From: Cetorhinus maximus
Taxonomy: Eukaryota
Length of the DNA: 64,000 nt
Assembly (NCBI RefSeq): GCF_964194155.1
Contig: NC_135890.1
Span: forward strand, 6,696,001 to 6,760,000
Direction: 5' to 3'
In this document: positions 1-57,189 of the stretch, piece after piece
Position numbering within the stretch: the stretch's first letter is position 1
Layout of the letters: each line of letters opens with the position of its first letter
Made by a program: the position numbers and the translations under genes
The notes under the pieces: generated by a model
The model's input: only the letters and a program-made list of their open reading frames with translations
Database searches by the model: none
What the model was told of the DNA's origin: nothing

Positions 1-305
1 TGTTCTGGGGACCCAGGTTTGAATCCCACCACAGCAGATGGTGAAATTGGAATTCAATAAAAATCTGGAATTAAAAGTCTAATGATGACCATGAAACCAT
101 TGTCGATTGTTGTAAAAACCCATCTGTTTCACTAATGCCCTTTAGGGAAGGAAATCTGCCGTCCTCACCTGGTCTGGCCTACGTGTGACTCCAGACCCAC
201 AGCAATGTGGTTGACGCTTAAATGCCCTCTGAACAAGGGCAATTAGGGATGGGCAATAAATGCTGGCCCAGCCAGCGAAGCCCACATCCCATGAATGAAT
301 AATTA
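1..305 (+). mobile_element. tRNA-derived SINE (cut by window edge) sharing its 3' tail with the CR1-group LINE
   Basis: B-box GGTTTGAATCCC; tail GGGCAATTAGGGATGGGCAATAAATGCTGG...CCCATGAATGAAT. Confidence 0.85.
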
Positions 306-626
306 AAAAATATATATTTTCACTAAATAAACAGGCTGGTGCCTGTCTTAAAAGAATGCATTTGTTACTGCTTGCTTCAGATGGGAGAGGCAATGCTCTA
401 AATCCAATACAGGCTACATTGATAGTTAGGTAGCTGAAGACTATCTGTTCTACAAGTGCCGCCTGTCAGATATGTAACATTTGTCGACTTTGAATTCCCT
501 CTTCAACTCATTGCAAATTAACATTTAGCAAATTGTGCTGGTCTCAAATGGCCTTGTGTTTTTTGTGCCCACGAGGAGGAAAGGTCAGACAACGAAAGCT
601 AGAGCTCCATGGATGATGAGAGTCAA

Positions 627-651
627 AGAGAGAGAGAGAGAGAGAGAGAGA
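627..651 (+). repeat. (GA)n microsatellite
   Basis: Direct reading. Confidence 0.9.
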
Positions 652-764
652 AAGATAAGCAGAAATGACAGATGTCAGGTTGATAATACAAGTGAGAAAC
701 AGACTGAACATGGAATATTCAGAAGGGAAGTGAAAAAGAAAATCAAAGGCAAAGAGAGATTATG

Positions 765-1650
765 ACAAGAGACTGACAGCTAATAAAAAAAGGGAATCCA
801 AAAGTTTTCTATAAGCATATAAAGGGTGAAAAAGCAGTCAGAGAAGGGGTGAGGCTGATTAGGAACCAAAAAGGGAGTTGTGCATGGAGGCAGACGGCAT
901 AGCCAAGATTATAAATGACTACTTTGCATCTCTTTTCACAAGGAAGAAAGATGCTGCATAAGTCATAATGAAAGAGGAGGTAGTTGAGATGCTGGTGGCT
1001 AAAAATTGATAAAGAGGTGGTATCAGAAAGACTGATTGTAATTAAAGTTGACAAGTATCAGGACTGGATGAGATGTATCTGAAGACGCTGAAGGAAGGAA
1101 GGGTAGAAGCTGCAGAGACACTGGCCATAATTTTCAAAACTTCCCTAGATATAGGACTGGTGCCAGGGTACTGAGAATTGCAAATGTTACACTCTTGTTC
1201 AAAATAGGGTGTAAAAATAAGCCCAGCAACTACAGACCTGTCAGTTTAACCTCGGTGTGGGGAAGCTTTTAGAAACAGTAATCCAAGACAAAATCAAGTG
1301 TCACTTGGACAAATGCGGGTTAATTAAGGGAAACCAGCACAGATTTGTTAAGGGAAAATCATATTTAACTAACTTGGCGTTTTTTTTTTAAAATGAGGGA
1401 ACAGAAGGAAGAATTGATTTTTTAAATGCAGTAAGTGGTTAGGTCTTGGATGCAGTGCCTGACTGTGTTGAAAGCAGACACATTCAGGGCTTTCATATCA
1501 GATTGGAAAAGCACCTGAAGTCAAAATATTTGCAGGGCTACAGGGGAAAAGGTGGGAGAGTAGGATTAGGTGAGTGGCTCTTGCAGAAAGCTACACAGAT
1601 ACGATGGTCCAAATGGCCTCCTATTGTGCCGTAGCCATTCTGTGTTACGT
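765..1650 (+). mobile_element. CR1 LINE fragments (pre-RT region and 3' tail)
   Basis: NYRPVSLTSV-type and QHRFVKGKS motifs; GATGGTCCAAATGGCCTCCT tail. Confidence 0.75.
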
Positions 1651-1999
1651 TTAGAATCAAATGCGTGATTGCTGTGACACATCAAAAGGCTTTGGGTCTA
1701 AAGCTGTCCCACTGTTGTCATAAGCTGGTGGCAGTGGAGTAGCAGAAGGGTACAGTATGCATCAGGTTTGTGGTCTCACAGTAGGTGGAATCTCAGTTTC
1801 ATCAAGCAGCTCCCCAAAGCTATCTGTGCCTCCATCAGTCGGCTGATAACAGTTTCAGGTAAATCAGCCAGGTCAGCAAGTGAAAAAAAGCATAAGGAGT
1901 TAGTTGGGATGAGGCATGCAGTTTGTTCCCTCAGACTCGGAGTTCTTAGGTCAACAAACTACATTGTTGAAAGGAACCAAAATTTATTAAAGGGTTTTA

Positions 2000-2352
2000 A
2001 TTCTTTCATGGGATGTGGGCATTGCACGAGGACAGCATTTGTTGCCCACCCCTAATTATCCTTGAACTGAGTGGCCTAGCTAGGCCATTTCACAGGGCTG
2101 TTAAGAGTCAACCACATTGCTGTGGGTCTGGAGACCAAGCAAGGACAGCAGATTTTCTTCCCTAAAGGACATTAGTGAACCAGTCAGGTTTTTATATCAA
2201 AGATAGTCTCAGTAATGGTGACCATGAAACTAGCTTTTATTTATTAATTTAAATTCTGCCAGCTGCCGTGGTGGGATTTGAACCCATGTTTCCAGAGCAT
2301 TAGCTGGACCTCTGGATTACTAGCCCAGTGACATTGCCATCATGCCACCATC
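2000..2352 (-). mobile_element. Same tRNA-derived SINE family
   Basis: Reverse-complement similarity to 1-305 and 55992-56332. Confidence 0.8.
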
Positions 2353-2605
2353 TTCCTGTCCACAACAGGTTAGAGCAACAAACACACACATTACACAAGG
2401 CTCCCCTCCCTCACAAATAAGTAATAAAGCTGTTTATGAGGTCACAGTACTGACTGGCTGTCTTGTCCACTAACGGTGTATACCAAAAACTGGACACACA
2501 CCACGCTGCATGATTTTCCTGTCAGTGGGCGATGCTCACTACCAGCTGTGCAACCCCATAACAAAAACTGATTGAGGAATTTTATGCGCAGCCTGAAGCA
2601 CTGAC

Positions 2606-9013
<6,408 letters not shown>

Positions 9014-9300
9014 GGTGCCTCTGTTCCTCCAGCTGTTTCCTCCCGGACTCACGTGATCTCCCAATTTGGACAAATAACAGCCGCCGCCCCTAAAACAAAA
9101 GGCGGGAGAGAGTTAGTGATCAGAGCCCAGCCAGTCACTAACCGGCTGCGTCCATGTTATTAACATTAAATTCCCCTCCATACCGTCTGTCACCGCCTTC
9201 ACAGAGCCGCACTGACCCGACGACTGACGTCAACACGCTCTGTCGTCACTTCCCTTCTGCGGCACTCTTCATGACGTCACCGCAGCTAGAGGTGCCAGGC
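9014..9300 (-). promoter_or_regulatory. SEC61A2 5'UTR / CpG-rich core promoter with two palindromic CREs (TGACGTCA 9225-9232, 9272-9279) and an ETS-like GGAAGTG
   Basis: CpG-rich DNA directly upstream of the ATG; motifs read directly. Confidence 0.65.
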
Positions 9301-9309
9301 ATGGTACTG

Positions 9310-9822
9310 AACAGGGGGCGGGGCTACGGACAGGGAGCGGGGCTGAGGGCAGGGAGCGGGTGCTGAGGGCGAGGCTGAGGGCAGGGGGCGGAGCTGAAAG
9401 CAGGGGGCGGGTGCTGAGGGCAGGTGCTGAGGGCAGGGTGCGGGGCTGAGGGCCTGAGGGCCGGAGCTTGCGGGAAGGGCAGGGGGCGGGTGCGGTGATG
9501 CCAGGGGGCGGGGCTGAGTGCAGGGGGCGGGGCTGAGTGCAGGGGGCGGGGCTGAGTGCAGGGAGCGGGTGATGTGAGGGCAGGGGGCGGGGCTGAGTGT
9601 AGAGAACGGGTGCTGTGAGGGCAGGGGAGGGGGCGGGGCTGAGTTCAGGGAGCGGGTGATGTGAGGGCAAAGGGCAGGGCTGAGTGCAGTGGCGGGTGAT
9701 ATGAGGGCAGGGGCGGGGCTGAATGCAGGGGGCGGTTGATGTGAGCGCAAGGGGCGGGGCTGAATGCAGGAGGCGCGTGATGTGTGCGCAAGGGGCGTGG
9801 CTGAATGCAGGGGGCGGGGTGT
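9310..9822 (+). repeat. Degenerate ~20-bp G-rich tandem array (GCAGGGGGCGGGGCTGAGT-like) containing many GC boxes
   Basis: Repeated GGGGCGGGGCTGA units upstream of the SEC61A2 promoter. Confidence 0.9.
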
Positions 9823-12099
9823 ATTCACCCGTCCAGGAACCCAGAGGCCGGGGAGACTGCTGGGGGGACGAGTTCGAATCCCAGCACGGGAACTAAGGCT
9901 CGCTTTAAATTCCAGATTTATTAATGGAATTCAAACTCCACTAGCTCCTATGTCTTTGTAATCACTAACAAGGACAGTATCAGTAGATCAAACTTTGTTT
10001 ACAAACAACAGGCCATCAATAGCCTCAGATTCACTCATGGTCGATGCTCCTCCAGAGATGAAAGATTAAACCATCCCCATCGTGGGACTGCAGAGCTTCT
10101 AATCAGACCCTGGGCCACATTAAATTTTCTCCACGTGTAGTGCTTGTTAAAGATACAATATTATTAGCAATGCAGAGGTTTAAAGATGATGCCACTCATG
10201 GCCAGAAATACTTGGCAGGCATCAGTGTCTCAAGAACAAGGTGTGAGGCTTTAAAAAAAACAATTAAAAGCAGGATTCTTCAGTTTATGGCTGAGCTACA
10301 GTTTCCCAAGGCTCCTCTAAGAGTACTTAGACCACACCGCATCATCAATTGTGGCATGTCTCACGAGTTAATATAACTATTAACGAATTGTCTGGGTTGA
10401 GTTTTTGATCTCCCTCGTGCCATTGTGAGGACAATCGCCAAACACTGGAAAAAAACTTGTTAATTATTCCCAAAATACTTAACCTTCTGTAAACTCTGGT
10501 TGCTCCAAGGTTCAATTGCACGGACCAGGACTTGCCCATTCAACTGGCTACGCCTCCCCAGGTCGAAATTGAGAATTTCCACTGGTCATACTGGTTAGAG
10601 TAAACTCTTCAAACCGCATTCATTTTCTTGGGCACACGGGCACCAGCAGACAAGCTTTATCACATCCAAAAAAAACCTCAATAAATAGTAAATGGTTCAA
10701 TGGCTTGTTTTTGGAAGAAGTACTTTTTGGCAATTTTAAATCTGGTTATGCACCAGGTGGAGGAGTGCACACTTAACTAAAAATGCTTATTTTTTGACAA
10801 TAAGCCCATTTTCAGTGGCATTAATAAAACTGCACCAATTTACTGTTCTTAAATTCATTAATGAAAACTTTATGGGGAAAAACATTTACATTCCAATACA
10901 CAACCTGACTGCACTGATTCATGGATAATTTGTTTGCTTATAAAAAAAATTTAGCACCAATTTGAACTGTAATCTAACCAGCACATTTATGGGTGCAATT
11001 TCTCCCATTGCGTCCAAAGCAGAAACTCTACCCTGTTTTTTCAATCGGCTGCCCGTGCGTTTTACAATGGATGCATCAAATGTGGGAATGCCAGGGTGTC
11101 CGATTTACTTTGTAAAGAAGAAATAAGGACAAACACACATGAAGATGTTAGTATTGGAAAATTTAATGACATTCAATTTGAGCATCCAACATTTCCAGGA
11201 TTTCAAGTGTACATCACGGAGCTCTGCAGAGAAGGATTCCTTTTACTCAGTACAACTCATAGCATAACACACTCGCAGGGCTACTGGGAAAAGGTAGGGG
11301 AGTGGGACTAGTTGAGTAGCACATAGGGAGCTGGCACAGACAAAATGAACTGAATGTCCTTCTTCTCTGCTGGTACCATTCTATGATTCTAGGACCACCA
11401 TCGCTTTTCAATCTCCCATAGCAACCTATAGTTCCCTTTAGACCAATGCTTGTCCCCTTCAATGTTTCAGCCATTGTATTCCTTATTATATGGAACCCAG
11501 CTTCTTACCCCCTCAATCAGTCTTCAATCATCTCCCAAAATAAACTAGCTTTTTGATTTTGGCTTAGATCTTATTCCCCAAATTCCTTTACTTCGGATCA
11601 GCCATTCACCTCTTCCACTCAAAGCTCTTAGGTGGTCCTTTACATCAGGAATGCTACATAAATGCACATCGTTGTACTGCTGTATAAGAATGTTGGGCAA
11701 TCAGCCTGGAGGCAGACAAAAGGGTAAATAGCTTATTTCATACCAAGGATAGTATTTCTGCAGACAGAGTCAACTGGGCTGTTACAGACTGTATTCACTT
11801 GCAGCAGAATCGGTGATCCCAGAAATCCATTCATTCATCTTCCTGAAATCTTACAACATGACAAAAGCATTTACATTCACTCCATTTAAACAGGAGGCGA
11901 TCTGCATTGAGAAAATGGGGACTGTACATGCCCGGATATAAATAATCTGCATTCCCTAAGTGATCAGTTTCACCAACTGCAACCACTCCAGATATAATCT
12001 ACCACCTAAAAAGGAGGCTGGTAGTAAGATACAAGTTAAGTGTTTAGAGTTGATAGAAAAAAGTGAACAAATTGTTAAGAACGACTATTACAATCTTTA

Positions 12100-12700
12100 A
12101 CAAAAACAAAAATACCTGGAAAAACTCAGCAGGTCTGGCAGCATCTGTGGAAGGGAGCACAGTTAACGTGGGGGGTTGGGACTCTCTCCTCCATCCCCCT
12201 TCCTGATTTTTCCCCCTCCTTTTTGGTTTTTCCATTAATTTATATAGATTTTTCTTTTCCCACCTATTTCCATTATTTTTAAATGTATTTCCATCCATTG
12301 TTTAATCTCTACCTTTTAGCCTTTTTCGGTTCCTTCACCCCACCCCACCCCCACTAGGTCTATCTGTACCTTGCTTGTCCTGCTTTCTACCCTTAATTAG
12401 CACATTCCTTTAGATAATATCACCAACTTCAACATCTCTTTGTCCTTTAGTCTTTGACATCTTTTGGTTATCTCCACCTATCACTGGCCCTCTATCCAGC
12501 TCTACTTGTCCCACCCCCTCCCCCCTTAAACCAGCTTATATTTCACCCCTTTTCTATTTTTACTTAGTTCTGTTGAGTCATGTGCAGTCGAAACGTTAAC
12601 TGTGCTCCCTTCCACAGATGCTGCCAGACCTGCTGAGTTTTTCCAGGTATTTTTGTATTTGTTTTCGATTTCCAGCATCTGCAGTTTTTTGCTTTTATCT
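12100..12700 (+). mobile_element. Non-coding Penelope-derived insertion: 3'UTR/pLTR with an inverted 5' pLTR copy
   Basis: 12181-12660 is highly similar to 54130-54605; 12100-12169 is the reverse complement of 12593-12662 (1 mismatch); 14-bp TSD TATTACAATCTTTA (12086-12099 / 12701-12714). Confidence 0.9.
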
Positions 12701-13280
12701 TATTACAATCTTTACTTTGTTAACCTCACCTCCACACTTTTGTCATCAATAAAAGTAACTAAATCCATGCGGGGACAAAAGGACATCAAATATAATGAGC
12801 TTACTTGTTACTCACACCATTTCACAATTGGCAACACCAAAAAACAATGTAATTGTATAAAGTAGCATCCAAACATATCGAATATAACAAATGATTGTGA
12901 ATTACAAGCGCATCACATGTTCTAATCAAGATTTACAGACTTTTTCCCCCCCAATTGTAGACATACATCTCCCTTATTATTAGATTGGTGATAATTAAGG
13001 GACAGTAAGAGAGAGGTTATTGTTACTGGACTAGTAATCCAGAGGCCTAGACCAATGATTTGGTGATTTCCTGCTACAGTAGCTGCAGAATTTAAACTGA
13101 GTTAATTAAACCTTGAATAAAAACTCCTTAGAAACCATGAATAGTCGAGCAGCGATAGACAGTCTGAAGATAAACAAACTTGCTTTCGGAACTTGAGAAT
13201 AATGTATATAATATGCCTCAGATATTTGCTTACAAAAGTCCAGTTCATTTTGCATACCTAGCTGTCAAGTAACTCAGGGT

Positions 13281-13286
13281 TTTAAT
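13281..13286 (-). terminator. Candidate poly(A) signal ATTAAA for DHTKD1
   Basis: ATTAAA about 200 nt downstream of the stop; motif only. Confidence 0.3.
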
Positions 13287-13481
13287 TCTTATTTTAACTA
13301 CATTAGGTTGGAATACTTTCCATGATTTGAGCTAAATCAAAGTCCCTTTTTTTAAAAAAAAGCAACATTTGTTTGAAAAACAGTTTTGCTCAATGGAAGC
13401 CTCACAACTATATTAAAATGTTGTAGGTCCTCTCCAAGAGTCAGGCACAGTCGAACACATCTAGGCTTTTCCAAATTTCTT

Positions 13482-52789
<39,308 letters not shown>

Positions 52790-52930
52790 CGTTTCTCTCC
52801 CACCGCCTTGTCAAACAAAAGGAAGCTATCACCGCGCCCCCCAAGCGTGGGTTATAAAACCAGGGGTCTCGGACAGACATGTGCGAATGGATTACATGAC
52901 GACGTCACAGTGCAAACAGACACCACCTCT
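52790..52930 (-). promoter_or_regulatory. DHTKD1 5'UTR / proximal promoter (small CpG-rich patch, CRE-like TGACGTCG at ~52900-52907)
   Basis: CpG enrichment upstream of the ATG. Confidence 0.5.
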
Positions 52931-53191
52931 TAACTGTGATAGGTTGCAGTTTATGGGAATGCTGGCTTAAAAATTGGCTCTGGCTGGGCAGGCAGCTCTG
53001 GGGACTGCACAAAGATTTTGGCCAGTTAGTCAAGGATTTTTTTAATGGAACATGTCAACAGCAATGTTGATTTGAGAGTAATTTTATTTCAGTAATTTTC
53101 TTCAGTTTTTAAAAAAATGACAAATGCTACTTCTATAACAGCAGGATCATTTACTCTTCGCCAATTAATTTTTAAAAATGACCCTTTTGCT

Positions 53192-54605
53192 TGACCTCTC
53201 TGCCTCTATTTCTGGTGATAGACTGTCCAGCAATATTCATTACAAGCCTACCGACTCCCACAGCTACCTCGACTACAGCTCCTCACACCCCGCTTCCTGT
53301 AAGGACTCCATCCCATTCTCTCAGTTCCTTCGCCTCCGTCGCATCTGTTCTGATGATGCCACTTTCCAAAACAGTTCCTCTGACATGTCTTCTCTTCTTC
53401 CTTAACCGAGGTTTTCCACCCACGGTGGTTGACAGGGTCCTCAACCATGTCCGGCCCATCTCCTGCGCATCCGCCCTCACACCTTCCTCTCCCTCCCAGA
53501 AACATGATAGGGTCCCCCTTGTCCTCACTTATCACCCCACCAGCCTCTGCATTCAAAGAATCATCCTCCGCCATTTCCACCAACTCCAGCATGATGCCAC
53601 CACCAAACACATCTTCCCTTCACCCCCCCGGTGGCATCCCGCAGGGATCGTTCCCTCAGAGACACCCTGGTCCACTCCTCCATCACCCCCTACACCTCAA
53701 CCCCCTCCCACGGCACCTTCCCATGCAACCGCGGAAGGTGCAACACCTGCCCCTTTACTTCCCCTCTCCTCACCATCCAAGGGCCCAAACACTCCTTTCA
53801 AGTGAAGCAGCATTTCACTTGCACTTCCCTCAATTTAGTCTACTGCATTCGCTGCTCCCAATGCGGTTTCCTCTACATTGGAGAGACCAAACGCAGACTG
53901 GGTGACCGCTTTGCGGAACACCTTCGGTCTGTCCGCAAGCATGACCCAGACCTCCTTGTCACTTGCCATTTCAACACTCCACCCTGCTCTCATGCCCACA
54001 TGTCCGTCCTTGGCCTGCTGCAATGTTCCAGTGAAGCTCAACGCAAACTGGAGGAACAGCACCTCATCTTCCGACTAGGCACTTTACACCCTTCCAGACT
54101 GAATATTGAGTTCAACAATTTTAGATCATGACCTCTCTCCTCCATCCCCACCCCCTTTCCGATCCCCTTTTTTTCCAATAATTTATATAGATTTTTCTTT
54201 TCCCACCTATTTCCATTATTTTTAAATGTATTTCCATCCATTGTTTTATCTCTACCTTTTAGCCTATTTCAATCCCTTCCCCCCACCCCCACCCCCACTA
54301 GGGCTATCTGTACCTTGCTCGTCCTGCTTTCTACCCTTAATGTCACCAATTAGCACATTCCTTAGATAATATCACCACCTTCAACATCTCTTTGTCCTTT
54401 TGTCTATGACATCTTTTGGCTATCTCCACCTATCACTAGCCCTCTATTCAGCTCTACTTGTTCCACCCCCCCTTAAACCAGCTTATATTTCACCTCTTTT
54501 CTATTTTTCCTTAGTTCTGTTGAAGAGTCATACAGACTTGAAACGTTAACTGTGCTCCTCTCCGCAGATGCTGTCAGACCTGCTGAGTTTTTCCAGGTAT
54601 TTTTA
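53192..54605 (+). mobile_element. 5'-truncated Penelope-like retroelement: RT C-terminus, Cys-rich linker, GIY-YIG endonuclease, 3'UTR/pLTR with hammerhead motif; frameshifted
   Basis: YKPTDSHSYLDYSSSHPASCKDSIPFSQFLRLRRICS; PCNRGRCNTC; LVYCIRCSQCGFLYIGETKRRLGDRFAEH; candidate TSD CTTTTGCT (53184-53191 / 54606-54613). Confidence 0.93.
54513..54551 (+). ncRNA. Minimal type I hammerhead ribozyme-like motif in Penelope pLTR (core variant CUGUUGA)
   Basis: Stem I AGUU/AACU, core CUGUUGA, stem II GAGUC/GACUU, GAAA, palindromic AACGUU stem III region, predicted GUU cleavage triplet. Confidence 0.65.
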
Positions 54606-55991
54606 CTTTTGCTCCTCCTGTTTGTCATGGCACCAGATTGGTTACAAATTTGTATCTGCTGTGAGTAACCAATCTCAGCCTCATCTGAGGGCACTACAAT
54701 TGCCCCCAATGTTCTCCACTGATCACCCGGCTGAAAAGGACATGCCTGGGAAAGGTATGGTGAGGCCAGGACTGTGACCATAGATGTAATTCAGAATGGA
54801 TAGGTTTTATCATTTATGAAAATGTGTACAGGCAAAATCAATTATTACAATCATAACGACTTGCACTTATTGATGCTTTTAATATCACAAAATAACCCAA
54901 GGCACCCAGGAACATTATCAAACAAAATTTGCCTTGAAGCTACATAAGGAGCTATTAGGGCAGGTGGCCAAAAGCTTCATCAAGGCATTAGGTTTTAAGC
55001 AGTGTCTTAAAGGAGGAAAGAGAGGTGGGAACAGGGGTGAAAGTGACTTAAATTTCTTACTGGTACGGTCATACAAGGAATCCCAAATTTGACTAATTAT
55101 AATTTAATGCGTGGAAGGTCATTTCTTTGACCAGAAACCACATTATTTTTTATTGAACTTGTGGTTTCCGTATTCAAAGCACTTTGATTATCAATCCATT
55201 GCCCCCAAGGCATGTTTGAACACGCACCATGACTGGCATCAAAGAACAGGACGGATTGATACAGCCAATAATCCACAAACAACAGCACAGGCACACTCCC
55301 TAAACCTTTGAAAATCAAAGTGATTCATAACAAGCTGTCAGAAAAGGAAAACATGAAAACCTCACGATTCCTCACTGCGTCAGGAATATTCTCATTTACA
55401 ATGGGTCGGCTTGAAAAGGTGGCACTGCACTTTTGAAAATATCACTTATCAATCTTGTGAACATAGCAATCACCTAACCATTGAAGTCTCTGAGATCAGG
55501 TAACATTGGCGGTGGAAGTTGTCAAACCATTTCAATCAGCTATAATGAATGAGTTTGATGCTTGTTCATATTTCAAATGATAAGATGAAACCACATCAAA
55601 GAAATGTGCTGCATTTCAAATTCCAACTGTACAAGACACGTGGAAAGAAGTGCCCATTATTTGCTCAAAAAATAAAAAAAATCCACCACATTCTGAACTA
55701 ATCCTCACACAAGGTCAGTTAATTGATCTGTTTTAATAGTGGTCATTATGCTTAAAAGACGTGAAACAATGATCTGGAAATCAAGAGAAACTGTCACCGT
55801 CTCCCACACAAACATAATTAACTACAAACAAGTGACTTCCATTCTCATTTCCATTTTCCCCACTCATTTAGTCCTTTAACCACAATTCAATGGGTTAACC
55901 ACTCGATTTCTTAACTACAACTGGAAAGTTACCTCTCCACGGCTACCACTTGTCATTTTTCCTCCCCACGTCTCTGCATTCCTATTTCCTC

Positions 55992-56332
55992 GGGGGAGGC
56001 GATGGCATAATGTTATTGTCACTGCATTAGTAATCCAGAGACCCAGGGTAATGCTCCGGGGACCTGGGGTTCAAATCCTACTTCAGCAGATAGTGGAATT
56101 TGAATTCAATAAAAATCTGGAATTAAAAGTCTAATGATGACCATGAAATCATTGTTGTTAAAAACCCATCTGGTTCACTAATGTCCTTTAGAGAAGGAAA
56201 TCTGCTCTCCTTGCCTCCTAGTCTGGCCTACATGTGACTCCAGGCCAGGCCACAGCAATGTGGTTGACTCTTAAATGCCCTCTGAACAAGGGCAATTAGG
56301 GATAGGCAATAAATGCTGGCTGAATAAAAAAA
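55992..56332 (+). mobile_element. Same tRNA-derived SINE family, near full length
   Basis: A box TGGCATAATG, B box GGTTCAAATCC, body close to 1-270. Confidence 0.85.
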
Positions 56333-57189
56333 ACTTTCTTACCAGTATGCCATACCGGACCAGACCATACTGGCTTACTTTCACCTTTGGGTGGAGAGGT
56401 TTATGGAGGGAATTCCAGAGCTTAGCCAGGTGAAGACAGCCACCTATTGGAGAATGATTAAAACTGGTAATATTCAAGAAGCCAGAATTGGAGGATCACA
56501 GAGGGTTGTAGTACTGGAGGAACTTTCAGAGATAGGGTGAGGCCATGGAGGGATTTGAAAATAAGGACGAGAATTTTAAAATTGAGGCATTGCTGGACTG
56601 AAAGCCAAGTCAGTGAGTTAGCATACAGGCACAAATACCAAAGTAAAATACTGAGGATGCTGGAAAGGTAACTTGACTCTGTTTCTCTGCACAGATGCTG
56701 CCAGACCTTCTGAGTATTTCCAGCACTTTCTGTTTTTATTTATGATGCAGACCAATCAAGAGAGCATTGGATTTGTCAAATCTAGCAGTAACAAAAACAT
56801 GGATGACGGTTTCACCAGCAGATGAGCTTAGGGAGGACAGAATCTGTACAATGCATATAGTGCCCTTTAAATCAGTCCTGTGCCAGAAGTAAGATTTTAG
56901 GCAGGTATGTTTTAGGGTAGGACAATTGAATTGTGATGATAGACTCTGTATATGGTTGCAATCATATCATGGCCATGGTCAGAAAACTATTGCTCAATGC
57001 AATTTAGGAAGTAGTTGCAGAAATAGTATTAGTTTTGTTTATGGGTCAGTTTTATGTCAAGTGAGTCTCTCTTTTTATACTGCTGAAGGCCATCAATGTT
57101 TCGAGATAGTTATTATGAGGGAATTGGCATGGTTACAATGACTGACTGTGAAAGCACAAAGACCTTATCTATAAAAGTAAACTGATTAG

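Noticed and set aside
1660-1900. Possible SEC61A2 exon 7 or intronic C/D snoRNA (minus strand CTGCTTGATGAAACTG)
   Set aside because: Only LLDE matches and the frame does not continue into LLQKGYGLGSG; C and D boxes are too close and no terminal stem was found
9047-9052. Additional GTGAGT donor upstream of the SEC61A2 ATG
   Set aside because: Poor exonic context (CAC|GT) and no supporting evidence; likely chance
9269-9828. Pro/Ala/Ser-rich ORFs (133 and 180 aa)
   Set aside because: Translation of the GC-box tandem array; no splice or homology support
55992-56080. tRNA gene
   Set aside because: A/B boxes belong to a SINE head and run into the SINE body; no cloverleaf
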